Source: Rhodospirillaceae bacterium
GTDB lineage: Bacteria; Pseudomonadota; Alphaproteobacteria; Rhodospirillales; Rhodospirillaceae
Direction of reading: 5' to 3'
Assembly (NCBI GenBank): GCA_016937315.1
Contig: JAFGWD010000285.1
Coordinates: forward strand, 1-38,126
Length of the DNA: 38,126 nt
The notes under the pieces were generated by a model that had not been told where the DNA came from, searched no databases, and saw only the letters and a program-made list of their open reading frames with translations. Below are positions 1-8,989 of this stretch, one piece after another; the first letter of the stretch is position 1; each line of letters opens with the position of its first letter. The position numbers and the translations under genes are program-made.

Positions 1-2
1 CC

Positions 3-161
3 TCCTCTCCCAGCCAGCATCTTGAATCAGATTTTCCCTCCGAAGGGAATCCTATTTCCGATTCAACCTATTCGCAGAACTCTCTAGGGCGGTTGATGGC
101 ATTCCGTATGCTGGCCGTGATAGAAAAAACAGCCCACGAGAACAAGGCCTCGGCACACTAA
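3..161 (+). CDS. Possible 3' end of an upstream gene (open frame ...LGRLMAFRMLAVIEKTAHENKASAH*), function unknown
   Basis: Frame 3 is open from the window edge to TAA at 159-161, while the other + frames close earlier. No recognisable motif. Confidence 0.3.
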   Translation, partial: SSPSQHLESDFPSEGNPISDSTYSQNSLGRLMAFRMLAVIEKTAHENKASAH

Positions 162-408
162 TTCGCGCCTGGATATCACACGTTTAGTGATGGACTGAAT
201 ATGTGAAATAGGTTAGGAAACCAGCCTGAAGCTGCGACTCACACAAAAATACGCCCCTCCGGCATTCTTCAGTTTGAACCAGGAAACTCTGGTGTCCATG
301 GTTACTGTTCCGCATACTTTACTCAACAATTCTGAAGGTCTAAAACGCTCACTCGTCTTTTCGTAACAGGGCATTACCCTTGGCCCTGGAACACAGAGGT
401 TAGCATAA

Positions 409-1557
409 ATGACTGGTCAACTCTTTGAACGCATTGCATACAAGCACAAGTATTTCGAGACTCCAGAAGCTCTCTTAGAGCAAGTTATCAACAAAACCGT
501 CGTTCCCTACCAAGTTGAACTCCAACCCGGGCGTCTAACTGGCCGCAAGATCTGCTGGATGGAATGCCCGTACTGTTATGGCGCGTCATCTGAAAATGTC
601 AGTGACCGCCTGACACCTGAACGCTACATAGACATCATGCGCCAAATGACCGATGGCCCGCATGGTGGCGTTGCGAAGATTATTTTTGCTGGATACGCCA
701 CGGACCCACTCAATTACGAACACATCGACGATCTCGTCGAAATCTCCCGCCATCACGGCCAGATCACCGGGTTTCACAGTAAACTGCTGCGGGCCAGCGA
801 CCGCCTCATTGACCTGTTAACGCGTCAAGACGCCGCAGCAACCAGTTATATGACGGTTAGCGTTGATGCCGGATCCTCCGAAAGCTACAACACCACGCAC
901 GGAGTAAAAATATCCGGTGATGTCTACCATCGTGTCATCGAGAACCTGAAGCGGATCTGCCAGTTGCGTGACCAACGCAGATCTCATTTGGATATGGCTG
1001 CCAATTACCTGCTCACCCGCGTCAATTCCGACACCAAGACCGTTGAACAAGGCCTACGCGACATTATTGATACCGGCGTGGACGTGATCCGCTTCTCCTT
1101 TCCACAGCTGCCACGTGGCTCTGAGAGCGTTGATGGAACAGTCATTCCAAACCGCGCTGAAATTGAAGAAATCTATCAACGTCTTAAGCCGGTGATTGAC
1201 GACCACACCAGCGACAAAACCAATGTTGTCCTTCTGGACGTGGATGGAGAAAGCGCATTTACAGAGCGCCGCACCCTGCCATGCTTTGCACGCTTTATCT
1301 ATCCGGCGATTTCCTATGACGGTTATTTGTCTAACTGCTCTCAGTCAGGAGCCCCCCATTTCCGCGACATGTCTCTCGGTAACCTTCAGGAGGTGGACTT
1401 CTGGGACGCTTTCTACAATTACGACACCGAAGACATCTGGCTCACTTATGAACTGCAGCACACCAAAATTACCAAGAACGACTGCCGTTGTGACCGCAAG
1501 GAACACACTGTAAACCGTATCTTCCAGAATGCGTTTGGGAATAAGCCCCATGCCTAG
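409..1557 (+). CDS. Radical SAM protein with C-terminal twitch/SPASM-type auxiliary Fe-S motif; probable NDP-sugar-modifying enzyme (DesII-like segments)
   Basis: CxxxCxxC (CWMECPYC); GYATDP in place of GGEP; C-terminal Cx12Gx4C (CFARFIYPAISYDGYLSNC), then LGNL and CRC; GAGGT RBS at 396-400; sugar-nucleotide neighbours. Confidence 0.85.
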   Translation: MTGQLFERIAYKHKYFETPEALLEQVINKTVVPYQVELQPGRLTGRKICWMECPYCYGASSENVSDRLTPERYIDIMRQMTDGPHGGVAKIIFAGYATDPLNYEHIDDLVEISRHHGQITGFHSKLLRASDRLIDLLTRQDAAATSYMTVSVDAGSSESYNTTHGVKISGDVYHRVIENLKRICQLRDQRRSHLDMAANYLLTRVNSDTKTVEQGLRDIIDTGVDVIRFSFPQLPRGSESVDGTVIPNRAEIEEIYQRLKPVIDDHTSDKTNVVLLDVDGESAFTERRTLPCFARFIYPAISYDGYLSNCSQSGAPHFRDMSLGNLQEVDFWDAFYNYDTEDIWLTYELQHTKITKNDCRCDRKEHTVNRIFQNAFGNKPHA

Positions 1558-2473
1558 AAGCCCCAAAGACATCAGCTCCGGCATTGTCGGCGCACGCGGC
1601 ATCGGAGCCGTGCATTTGCGTGAGCTGGTGGCAGCGGGAAGCGGCACGCTCAACATTGTCGGACAGACTCTTGAAAACACCCGCGCCACGGCGCTGCGCC
1701 TGTCTCAGACATACAACATACCAGTGGGAGCTCTCGCCTCTGTTGCTAAACTGGGAGCGGTTTCAGATTTTGTTTCCGTCTGTTCGCCCAACGCACTGCA
1801 CCTTGAGCACGCCCACATCTTGCTAGCCAAAGGCTGTTATGTCTTTGTCGAAAAGCCATTCTTCTGGATGAATGGCTTGACCCGACGTCGGGTTGACGAC
1901 CTAACACATGAGTTGTTCGACCAAGCTGACGGACGACTGTGCGTCAATTACCCAACCGCCCATTTCGCAGCACCGTTTATTGCCACCTGCGGACGCCCAC
2001 AGAAGCTAACTGACTTTTGGTTTCGTTACCAGACACGCGGCAACTATGCCGGTCCAGACATCGCCGTTGACCTGCTCCCACATGCCTTTTCGCTATTGCT
2101 GGAATTTACTGAGGGTGCACAGGTCAAGAACCTTTCTGTCCAGGAAAAAGAGGGGACATGGGTTGGCACATTCCAGATGGGTGACACCCGGTGCGTTTTT
2201 GAATTCGTTCAGGCCCCACAGGCCACAATGACGGATCTGTCGTTTGCCATTAATGGACAAACAGCGCAACGAATACAAAGAACCAGCGGCGCAGGATTTC
2301 AGGTCCTTCTCGACATCCCTGGAGCCATTGCCGCCCCCATGGAAATCACCAACCCCATGGTTGCGACTATCCACGCGGCATTTGCCGTTTGCGTCAAGAC
2401 AGGAAGATACACCGACGCACAAGAGCTCAACCACAACATCATGAAACGAATGGCAGAAATTCTTATTCCGTAA
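1550..2473 (+). CDS. Gfo/Idh/MocA-family NAD(P)-dependent oxidoreductase
   Basis: GIVGARGIG Rossmann motif, VCSPNALH, FVEKP. ATG at 1550 overlaps the end of the radical SAM gene and is preferred to 1529. Confidence 0.85.
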   Translation: MPRSPKDISSGIVGARGIGAVHLRELVAAGSGTLNIVGQTLENTRATALRLSQTYNIPVGALASVAKLGAVSDFVSVCSPNALHLEHAHILLAKGCYVFVEKPFFWMNGLTRRRVDDLTHELFDQADGRLCVNYPTAHFAAPFIATCGRPQKLTDFWFRYQTRGNYAGPDIAVDLLPHAFSLLLEFTEGAQVKNLSVQEKEGTWVGTFQMGDTRCVFEFVQAPQATMTDLSFAINGQTAQRIQRTSGAGFQVLLDIPGAIAAPMEITNPMVATIHAAFAVCVKTGRYTDAQELNHNIMKRMAEILIP

Positions 2474-2492
2474 ACCTTCTGGGAGTCCTCTG

Positions 2493-3305
2493 ATGATTAA
2501 AACAGCCGTTATTCTTTGCGGCGGACGCGGCCGCAGGCTCGGAAGTGTCGGGGAAACGCGCCCGAAGGCCATGGTTGAAGTCATCGGATATCCGATCCTC
2601 TGGTACTCCATTATGAGTTTATATGCCGCTGGCGTGCGCCATTTCATCCTGCCTCTGGGCTATCGCGGAGATCAGATTCAGGGCTATGTGGACAGCACCT
2701 TCAGCAGCCTAAATGCGCGGATCGACGCCATCAACACCGGAGAAGAATCACCAATCGGCAAACGCATTCATATGGTCCAACACCTTCTGCATGATGAACC
2801 GTTTTTGCTAGTTAACGGCGACTGTATTTATGACCTTGACCTTAACAACCTCTATCAAACCCATCTTGGGGCCGGAGCCATGGCGACCCTCGCCGCATGC
2901 CGGGTCACATCTCAATACGGACTGATTGTGGTCAGGAATGACAGGGTCGTATCCTTTTCCCGTGATTCTGCCGTTCGGGCATTCTGCATTGATGACCCAG
3001 AACAAGACGGAGAGCTTCTAGGGTATGTTAATGCAGGCATAACCATACTCAATCCAGAATCCCTCACCGAGATTGACCTGCTAAAAACAGAGAATTTTGA
3101 GCGCGACCTATTCCCGCGCCTAATCGCTCATGGCCGGGTCGAATACTACCCAATTGACCGCTATTGGTTTGCTGTGGAAACGCAAAAAGATCTCGACATC
3201 ATCAACAACACAAAATCCGGCGATCCACGAGCAACAGGAGCCGCGCAACTGCGTGACGCCCTCTTACAACAACAAGCCTTACTAGACCTGGGCTGTTCTC
3301 TCTAA
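2493..3305 (+). CDS. Sugar-1-phosphate nucleotidyltransferase, RfbF (glucose-1-P cytidylyltransferase)-like
   Basis: ILCGGRGRRL...PKAMV, LGYRGDQI, NGD, VNAG, FERDLFPRL motifs; GGGAG RBS upstream. Confidence 0.85.
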   Translation: MIKTAVILCGGRGRRLGSVGETRPKAMVEVIGYPILWYSIMSLYAAGVRHFILPLGYRGDQIQGYVDSTFSSLNARIDAINTGEESPIGKRIHMVQHLLHDEPFLLVNGDCIYDLDLNNLYQTHLGAGAMATLAACRVTSQYGLIVVRNDRVVSFSRDSAVRAFCIDDPEQDGELLGYVNAGITILNPESLTEIDLLKTENFERDLFPRLIAHGRVEYYPIDRYWFAVETQKDLDIINNTKSGDPRATGAAQLRDALLQQQALLDLGCSL

Positions 3306-3345
3306 AAATAGCGCTCTCCCATCCTCAATAATGGACGGGAGAGCG
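3303..3345 (-). terminator. Rho-independent terminator between the convergent operons
   Basis: Stem CGCTCTCCC-A-TCC (3312-3324) / GGA-C-GGGAGAGCG (3333-3345) with an 8-nt loop. The single mismatch becomes G:U on the - strand, where the hairpin is followed by CUAUUUUU. Confidence 0.75.
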
Positions 3346-3352
3346 TCAACCA

Positions 3353-4381
3353 TCAAAGCCAGCGGAAGGTCTCGCTGACCTGGTGTTCACGCAAAAGCTT
3401 CTCTAAATGGGAAAGCCTGATATAACGATTTCCGAAAAGAACCTTAAGATCACGCGGCGCGGCGGAAAGCCAATCATGGGTTTGTTTCGCGCCCTTTTCT
3501 AGATTCCACTGCGGGGCAAAACCCGGCAGATCGGTCAGAGCTCGGGTAAAGTCAACCCGATATGATCTAGGGTCACTACCATTCTGCCCAGTGATGTTGA
3601 TAGAACACTCTGGAAATTGCTTCGCCGCAACCTCAGCGATCTCCCGCACCGTGTAATTGCAGTCAGCCGCCCCGATATTAAAGACACTGTGGTTCAGTGC
3701 CTCAGCCGTCAGAGCCGATAATGCTGCACGACTGATATCCTCGATATGAACCAGTGGACGCCATGGTGTGCCATCAGACAGCACCTCAATCACCCCAGTC
3801 GCATAACCTGACGCCATCAGATTAGCGAGAACCAAGTCCAAACGCATCCGCGGACTGACGCCATAAGCCGTTGCGTTGCGCAACATGACGGTACGGAAGC
3901 TATCATCGGCAATGGTCTGAAGTGCTTTTTCGGCGTCAACCTTCGACACCGCATAGGCCGAAACCGGCGCAACCGGCGCATGCTCATCCAGAGGAACCGC
4001 CGAATTTCCAGATGCCCCATAGACTGAACAAGACGATGCAAACACAAAACGGGATGCTCCGGCTTGCTTTGCCATGGTTGCACAGCGAATAGTCCCTTCT
4101 GTATTAATAGAATGGGTCTGTCCCGCCGCAATGTTGCCCATCGGATCATTCGACAGGGCAGCCAAGTGCACAACCCCTTCGATTCCGGCAAAGTCCTTAA
4201 TGACAATATCGCGAATGTCCCCAGAGATTTCATAATCTGGAATACAGCCCGGCTCCGCCGCACCAATCAAATCCTTGAAGAACCCGGTATCAAACCCAAC
4301 GACCTCATGACCTGCTTGGTGAAACAAGCGGGTCATGACCGGGCCGATGTATCCGCAATGGCCGGTGATTAGAATACGCAT
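3353..4381 (-). CDS. Extended SDR NAD-dependent epimerase/dehydratase/reductase
   Basis: TGHCGYIG, HLAA, SSCSVYG, YAVSK (YxxxK), RNATAYG, RPLVHIEDI. Confidence 0.88.
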   Translation of the reverse strand: MRILITGHCGYIGPVMTRLFHQAGHEVVGFDTGFFKDLIGAAEPGCIPDYEISGDIRDIVIKDFAGIEGVVHLAALSNDPMGNIAAGQTHSINTEGTIRCATMAKQAGASRFVFASSCSVYGASGNSAVPLDEHAPVAPVSAYAVSKVDAEKALQTIADDSFRTVMLRNATAYGVSPRMRLDLVLANLMASGYATGVIEVLSDGTPWRPLVHIEDISRAALSALTAEALNHSVFNIGAADCNYTVREIAEVAAKQFPECSINITGQNGSDPRSYRVDFTRALTDLPGFAPQWNLEKGAKQTHDWLSAAPRDLKVLFGNRYIRLSHLEKLLREHQVSETFRWL

Positions 4382-4414
4382 GATGTTATCAACCCTCTTT
4401 TATAAAACAAATCC

Positions 4415-5416
4415 TCACAGAGCGCCGGGGGCGGTGAGGTAGTTTCGGTACCACCGGATCGTCGCCTGAAGGGCCTTATCAAGATCATAGGCTGGGGCCC
4501 ACCCCAATTGCATCCGCGCCTTGTCAGAAGCAACGCGCATAAGGCGAATCTCCGCCTGTGCATTCGCATTGACACAGATTTCCGTTGAACACCCCATAAA
4601 CGCAGAAATTTTCTTCACAAGGTCGATAATTTCTACATCCACCTCGAGAGAAAAATTAAACGCCTCACCGCGAATTTCCGCATCGCTGGACAACCGCTCG
4701 GCAAGCATTAATTGGATGTCTATGGCGTCCTCAATGTAAAGAAAATCGCGGGTGAATTTGCCATCTGAACGCAGTACAACCGGCTTGTTCTCTACGATCG
4801 CCTGAATCGTCCCTGGGATGATCCGAGTCCAGTTGAAATCCCAGCCACCAAAGTAGTTCCCACACCGCGTCACCGCCACCGGTAGACCAAAGACCTTGCC
4901 ATAACTCTGCGCCATCAGATCTTGCGACGCTTTGGCCACTTCGTAGGGGTGATGGGGGCGCAAAGCCGCTTCCTCCCGAAACGGCGTCGGCTGAGGACCG
5001 TAAGCCTTGTCTGACGACGAGACCACCACCGAGCAATCTGGACGACGGGTTCGCACCTGCTCCAAAATCAGCATGGTACTGTCAATAGCACTGCGGAAGT
5101 TATCAACCGGATTGGTCAACGCGTTATTGACGTCCGCGTTGGCCGCTGTGTGCAAGACCGCTGAGATAGGATGTCGATCGAACAAATCCGCAATCAGTTG
5201 CGGATCATAGATTTGCCCCCGCACCACACTGCAGCGCTCACCGAATTTTTCCAGTTGGAACTGACTTTCGGGACGCTCTCCGCGCACAACCGTAATAACA
5301 TCCGAACCATAAGCCAAAAGGCGGCGCACCAACCACCCCCCCAGAAAACCCGTTGCACCCGTCACAAGGACAGTGCGCCCCTTCCAGTATTCTGGATTTA
5401 CAAGATGTGTTTGCAT
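4415..5416 (-). CDS. CDP-glucose 4,6-dehydratase (RfbG)-like SDR
   Basis: YWKGRTVLVTGATGFLGGWL, SSDKAYG (S/T-D-K dehydratase signature), YEVAK, RCGNYFGGWDFNWTRIIP. ATG at 5416 preferred to 5467. Confidence 0.8.
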   Translation of the reverse strand: MQTHLVNPEYWKGRTVLVTGATGFLGGWLVRRLLAYGSDVITVVRGERPESQFQLEKFGERCSVVRGQIYDPQLIADLFDRHPISAVLHTAANADVNNALTNPVDNFRSAIDSTMLILEQVRTRRPDCSVVVSSSDKAYGPQPTPFREEAALRPHHPYEVAKASQDLMAQSYGKVFGLPVAVTRCGNYFGGWDFNWTRIIPGTIQAIVENKPVVLRSDGKFTRDFLYIEDAIDIQLMLAERLSSDAEIRGEAFNFSLEVDVEIIDLVKKISAFMGCSTEICVNANAQAEIRLMRVASDKARMQLGWAPAYDLDKALQATIRWYRNYLTAPGAL

Positions 5417-5499
5417 GCGATCGATCCAATCATGTTCAGAATCCGCGACAGTTCCGGTTCCCAGCAAAATTCTCCAGAATTTTTGTCTGCCGCCCTAGG

Positions 5500-7632
5500 T
5501 CAGAGAGAATGAAGAAATGGAAACAGGGTGATCCTTTTGTAGCGCAGGTAAATCTGCCGCGTGTGCGCAGGAACAGCAATCGCAATCTGTCCAATATTGA
5601 CAGGCCGGATAGAGAGTTGCGCTCCGGCTTCGGATTCGGCTGCCCACCAGGGGAAATAGGGAACATTAACAATAATCAGCCCTGGAGCCTTTGCTGTCAG
5701 TGTGATGTCATAGCCGTCTTTGATAATTCGATACTCTTCTATAGCAAGCGGACTGATCTGTTCACCATCCCCGATTCCACGAGAATCCGACTTTAGGAAC
5801 ACGGCATCCCGCTGCGGTGCATGCTGCGCAATAGCATGTAGAAGGTCTTCCCGTGGCTGTTCATCATCAATGACCACCACCTGACGAACACCGTAGACAC
5901 GCGGCAGAGGATCTGGAATGGCGTAAACGAAGATATCCTGCGCTGGCCGCCGGATGACATCACGCAAACGCATTCTACCTCGCTGCACCACCGGCCCGGA
6001 AACCTGGTGCAGACGATCCGAAGCCAACGCCCGGTAGCTGAGAATATATCCGACATTCAGCACCCGCAGCATGTCAAGCGCGGCATCCTGTTCTATGGGA
6101 TAGGGCTCACAGCACTCCAGGTAGTGCGGATTAAGCGGAAAACCTGGGTCGGAAAAACTCAACCCATGGCTCTGGCGTAAGACGAGGTCGCGCCAGAATA
6201 CAAACGTCGATTTAGGAATGAACGTCGCGCTTCCATCATAGGCCGGCAGGCCATAAGACGGCGAGAGATTGGGCATGTATGTGGTCGGAATACCAACCAC
6301 GCGACTATTATCCTCTGGATACCATGTGTGATTTTTCAGATTCGGAATGTCCTGCATCATGGTCAGGTTGCCTCGCGTCGCCATGTGCAAAATAATGTTG
6401 CTCTTGAGTACAAACAACATCGCAATACCAACCGCCAAACAAGCACTTGCCAATGTCGTAACTGATGGCATTGAGGTGGCTGTAGTCTTGATTTTTTGCA
6501 ACGCGGCGGCTGCGGCGGCGGCTGCCAGCATGGAGAGCGGAAATGCCGCATATTCCAGATACCAGCGATAGGACTGCAAGAAATTCAGACCCAGATCAGC
6601 CCATGGAACAGAGATCAGGACCGGAGAGGCAAAACCAACCACAAGCGCGGACACTGCCGCCAACAAAACGGTTTTCGCACGGCGCGAATACCCCACCCAT
6701 AAGGCAAAGACAATCGGAACCGAATAGGCCAGCCCACCCGCATTGTAGAGCAACTGCGGAAACAACATCCACCGGGCAAAAAAACCGAAACGATCGACAA
6801 GGCTAGACCGCAGAAAATCTGGCGGACGACTGCTGTAGGGTGTCATTTGCAGAACGGCCCAAATGGCTTCGCTATAGTTGGCCAGCCACAACAACGACAA
6901 CGCAATCAAGCCAACGAAGAACCCAACCCAACTGTTTGGTTTATGCCAAAGCAACATACAAAGCGCAACTGCCCACAATCCCGCCAGCCAGAAGAAGGGG
7001 TCGGCAAACATCACATAGACAAGACAAACGGCAGTATAAATCAACCAACGACGCGGCTCACGGTCAAGACTGAATAGAAAATACAGCAACAGGGGCAAAG
7101 CCGCGATCGACAAGCCATAGAGAAACGTCATCGACGTATTAACATCAAACCCGGCAGAAAATAGCGCCCCCAAAGCAAAGGCTGCCACCGGCGGACAATC
7201 AAGACGTCGGCGAGAAAACAAGAAGATGGAATACAGGGCAGTGCTGCTAACGAACAACCGCATCAGCACCAGCAATAACCACATGGGCATCACGCCAGAA
7301 AGGAAGACCCGGGCTGAAACCAGTCCTCCACCGATCCTTCCAAGGGCGTAACGGTCCACCCCACCGATAACATCATGCAGGAATAAACCGTCGTGGGTAT
7401 TCGCCAGATAGGGGAAATACCCATAAAACATCATTTCCCCGTCCCCCCACTCCAGTGGGGCCAAGGGGCCAAGGAGCAAACTATCGCCCTGGACCATCAG
7501 GATCCATAGCCCTCCCAGGAAGATCAGTCCTCGACGGCTTGATGGGAACAACCGTGGCACCATAACCTTCAGAAATAAAAAGGCGACCACAAGCACAGCC
7601 CATGGAGCATAAATCAGCAATTTACCAATCAC
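5500..7632 (-). CDS. Polytopic membrane protein with YfhO-like C-terminal domain; probable GT-C-type polyprenyl-phosphate-sugar-dependent glycosyltransferase
   Basis: Many hydrophobic helices in the N-terminal ~410 aa, acidic WGDGE after the first helices, LDMLRVLNVGYILS, PLPRVY, and C-terminal YFPWWAA...IRPVNIGQIAIAVPAHTRQIYLRY typical of YfhO-family proteins. Confidence 0.65.
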   Translation of the reverse strand: MIGKLLIYAPWAVLVVAFLFLKVMVPRLFPSSRRGLIFLGGLWILMVQGDSLLLGPLAPLEWGDGEMMFYGYFPYLANTHDGLFLHDVIGGVDRYALGRIGGGLVSARVFLSGVMPMWLLLVLMRLFVSSTALYSIFLFSRRRLDCPPVAAFALGALFSAGFDVNTSMTFLYGLSIAALPLLLYFLFSLDREPRRWLIYTAVCLVYVMFADPFFWLAGLWAVALCMLLWHKPNSWVGFFVGLIALSLLWLANYSEAIWAVLQMTPYSSRPPDFLRSSLVDRFGFFARWMLFPQLLYNAGGLAYSVPIVFALWVGYSRRAKTVLLAAVSALVVGFASPVLISVPWADLGLNFLQSYRWYLEYAAFPLSMLAAAAAAAALQKIKTTATSMPSVTTLASACLAVGIAMLFVLKSNIILHMATRGNLTMMQDIPNLKNHTWYPEDNSRVVGIPTTYMPNLSPSYGLPAYDGSATFIPKSTFVFWRDLVLRQSHGLSFSDPGFPLNPHYLECCEPYPIEQDAALDMLRVLNVGYILSYRALASDRLHQVSGPVVQRGRMRLRDVIRRPAQDIFVYAIPDPLPRVYGVRQVVVIDDEQPREDLLHAIAQHAPQRDAVFLKSDSRGIGDGEQISPLAIEEYRIIKDGYDITLTAKAPGLIIVNVPYFPWWAAESEAGAQLSIRPVNIGQIAIAVPAHTRQIYLRYKRITLFPFLHSL

Positions 7633-7666
7633 GGTCTGTGCTTTCTATGTGAATCGGAACCTCGGA

Positions 7667-8929
7667 TCAGTCTTCGATGATCCGAAGTTCAGGTAGCGGT
7701 AAAACGAATTTGGATTTCAGACCGCGCTTGCGTAGGTCCGCCCTGATCGGCTCCCAATAGTGCCATGCCAACAGGACCACATATTCCGGCTGCTCAGAGA
7801 AGAGAATGGAATTGTTGACCACCGGCTGATGCAGGCCCGGAAGATAGCGCCCAAGTTTCAAGGAGGTTGGCTGTTCCGCAATATACGGCATCAAATCGCA
7901 GCCAAGGCCAACATAGTTGAGCAACGTGCTGGCACGCCCCGGACAAGAATTGCCGACAAAACGCACACCAGAACTTTCGGCTTCCAGAGCCAGATTATAG
8001 AGGTTCCGTTTCGCTTTCAGAGCCCGACTACGGAATTCGTTGTAGACGTCGGCATCATAAAGTCCGAAGTCCCGTTCTTCCGCAATCATATTGACCAGCC
8101 CCTGGGTCGGACGCGCAATTTTGTCTCGAACCACATAAACGCGCACAGACCCGCCATAGCTGGCAACGCGGTGCGCATCAACGACACTCAGACCATAGTA
8201 CCCAAAGAGTTGAACAAGCGGCTTGATGGAATACGAACGCAAATGCTCGTGATAAATCGAGTCAAATTGCAGGCCTCCGACGATATCCATCAGGTAGTGG
8301 TTTTCAAGGACAAAAACACCATCATCGTCCAGAAGCACCTCGATGCCGCGAATCATATCGCCAAGGTTGGCAATATGGGCAAACATGTTGGTCGCGGTAA
8401 TGACCTTTGCCTTACCATGCTGCTTGACAATTTCTTCCGCCACAGACTCACCAAAGAAATCCTGAACGGTATCGATGCCGTCCTCAACCGCGATTTGCGC
8501 GATGTTCGTCGGCTCCACGCCCAGAACGCGCATCCCCTGACGAGCAAACCCCTTAAGAAGGGTACCGTCATTAGACCCGATATCAACGACAAGGGAATCT
8601 ACCGGAGTCTTATGGCGTTCAACCACGTCCACGGACAGCCGCTGATGATGGTTGAAAAGCTCCCTCGTGATTCCAGTGCGATACGGGTAATCCGGGTAAT
8701 ACACCACGTCACCGGGGACCACATAGTCCAACTGGACCAGGCTGCACTGCGGGCAACGCACCAGCGCCAGCGGATAGGAAACCTCTGGCTCATTGAGCTG
8801 AGGTGTCGTCAGCAAGGAGTCACACAGCGGCTGATGTCCAAGATTGATGACGGGCTCTAAACCTTTCGCTCCGCAAATCTGGCATTCCTCAATATGACCA
8901 AAAGGAATGTCGTGATTTGGCTTTTGCAT
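7667..8929 (-). CDS. NDP-4-keto-sugar C-methyltransferase (TylC3/EryBIII/NovU/TcaB9 family), class I SAM-dependent
   Basis: N-terminal Zn site CQIC...CPQC, SAM motif DIGSNDGT, NMFAH, FDSIYHEH, C-terminal LLAWHY...FVLPLP; strong AGGAG RBS. Confidence 0.9.
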   Translation of the reverse strand: MQKPNHDIPFGHIEECQICGAKGLEPVINLGHQPLCDSLLTTPQLNEPEVSYPLALVRCPQCSLVQLDYVVPGDVVYYPDYPYRTGITRELFNHHQRLSVDVVERHKTPVDSLVVDIGSNDGTLLKGFARQGMRVLGVEPTNIAQIAVEDGIDTVQDFFGESVAEEIVKQHGKAKVITATNMFAHIANLGDMIRGIEVLLDDDGVFVLENHYLMDIVGGLQFDSIYHEHLRSYSIKPLVQLFGYYGLSVVDAHRVASYGGSVRVYVVRDKIARPTQGLVNMIAEERDFGLYDADVYNEFRSRALKAKRNLYNLALEAESSGVRFVGNSCPGRASTLLNYVGLGCDLMPYIAEQPTSLKLGRYLPGLHQPVVNNSILFSEQPEYVVLLAWHYWEPIRADLRKRGLKSKFVLPLPELRIIED

Positions 8930-8989
8930 ATGTCTCTCCTCGAATCTAGGTATCTGGCGAAAGCGAAAACTGAGTGACGGAAGCAGGCG

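Noticed and set aside
3353-4381. UDP-apiose/xylose synthase-like ring-contraction enzyme, suggested by the Cys in SSCSVYG
   Set aside because: It lacks the Glu of the STCEVYG motif, and SSCS is common in ordinary extended SDRs; no further support.
7760-8860. 366-aa + strand ORF
   Set aside because: It lies fully antisense to the C-methyltransferase and has no motifs; a shadow ORF.
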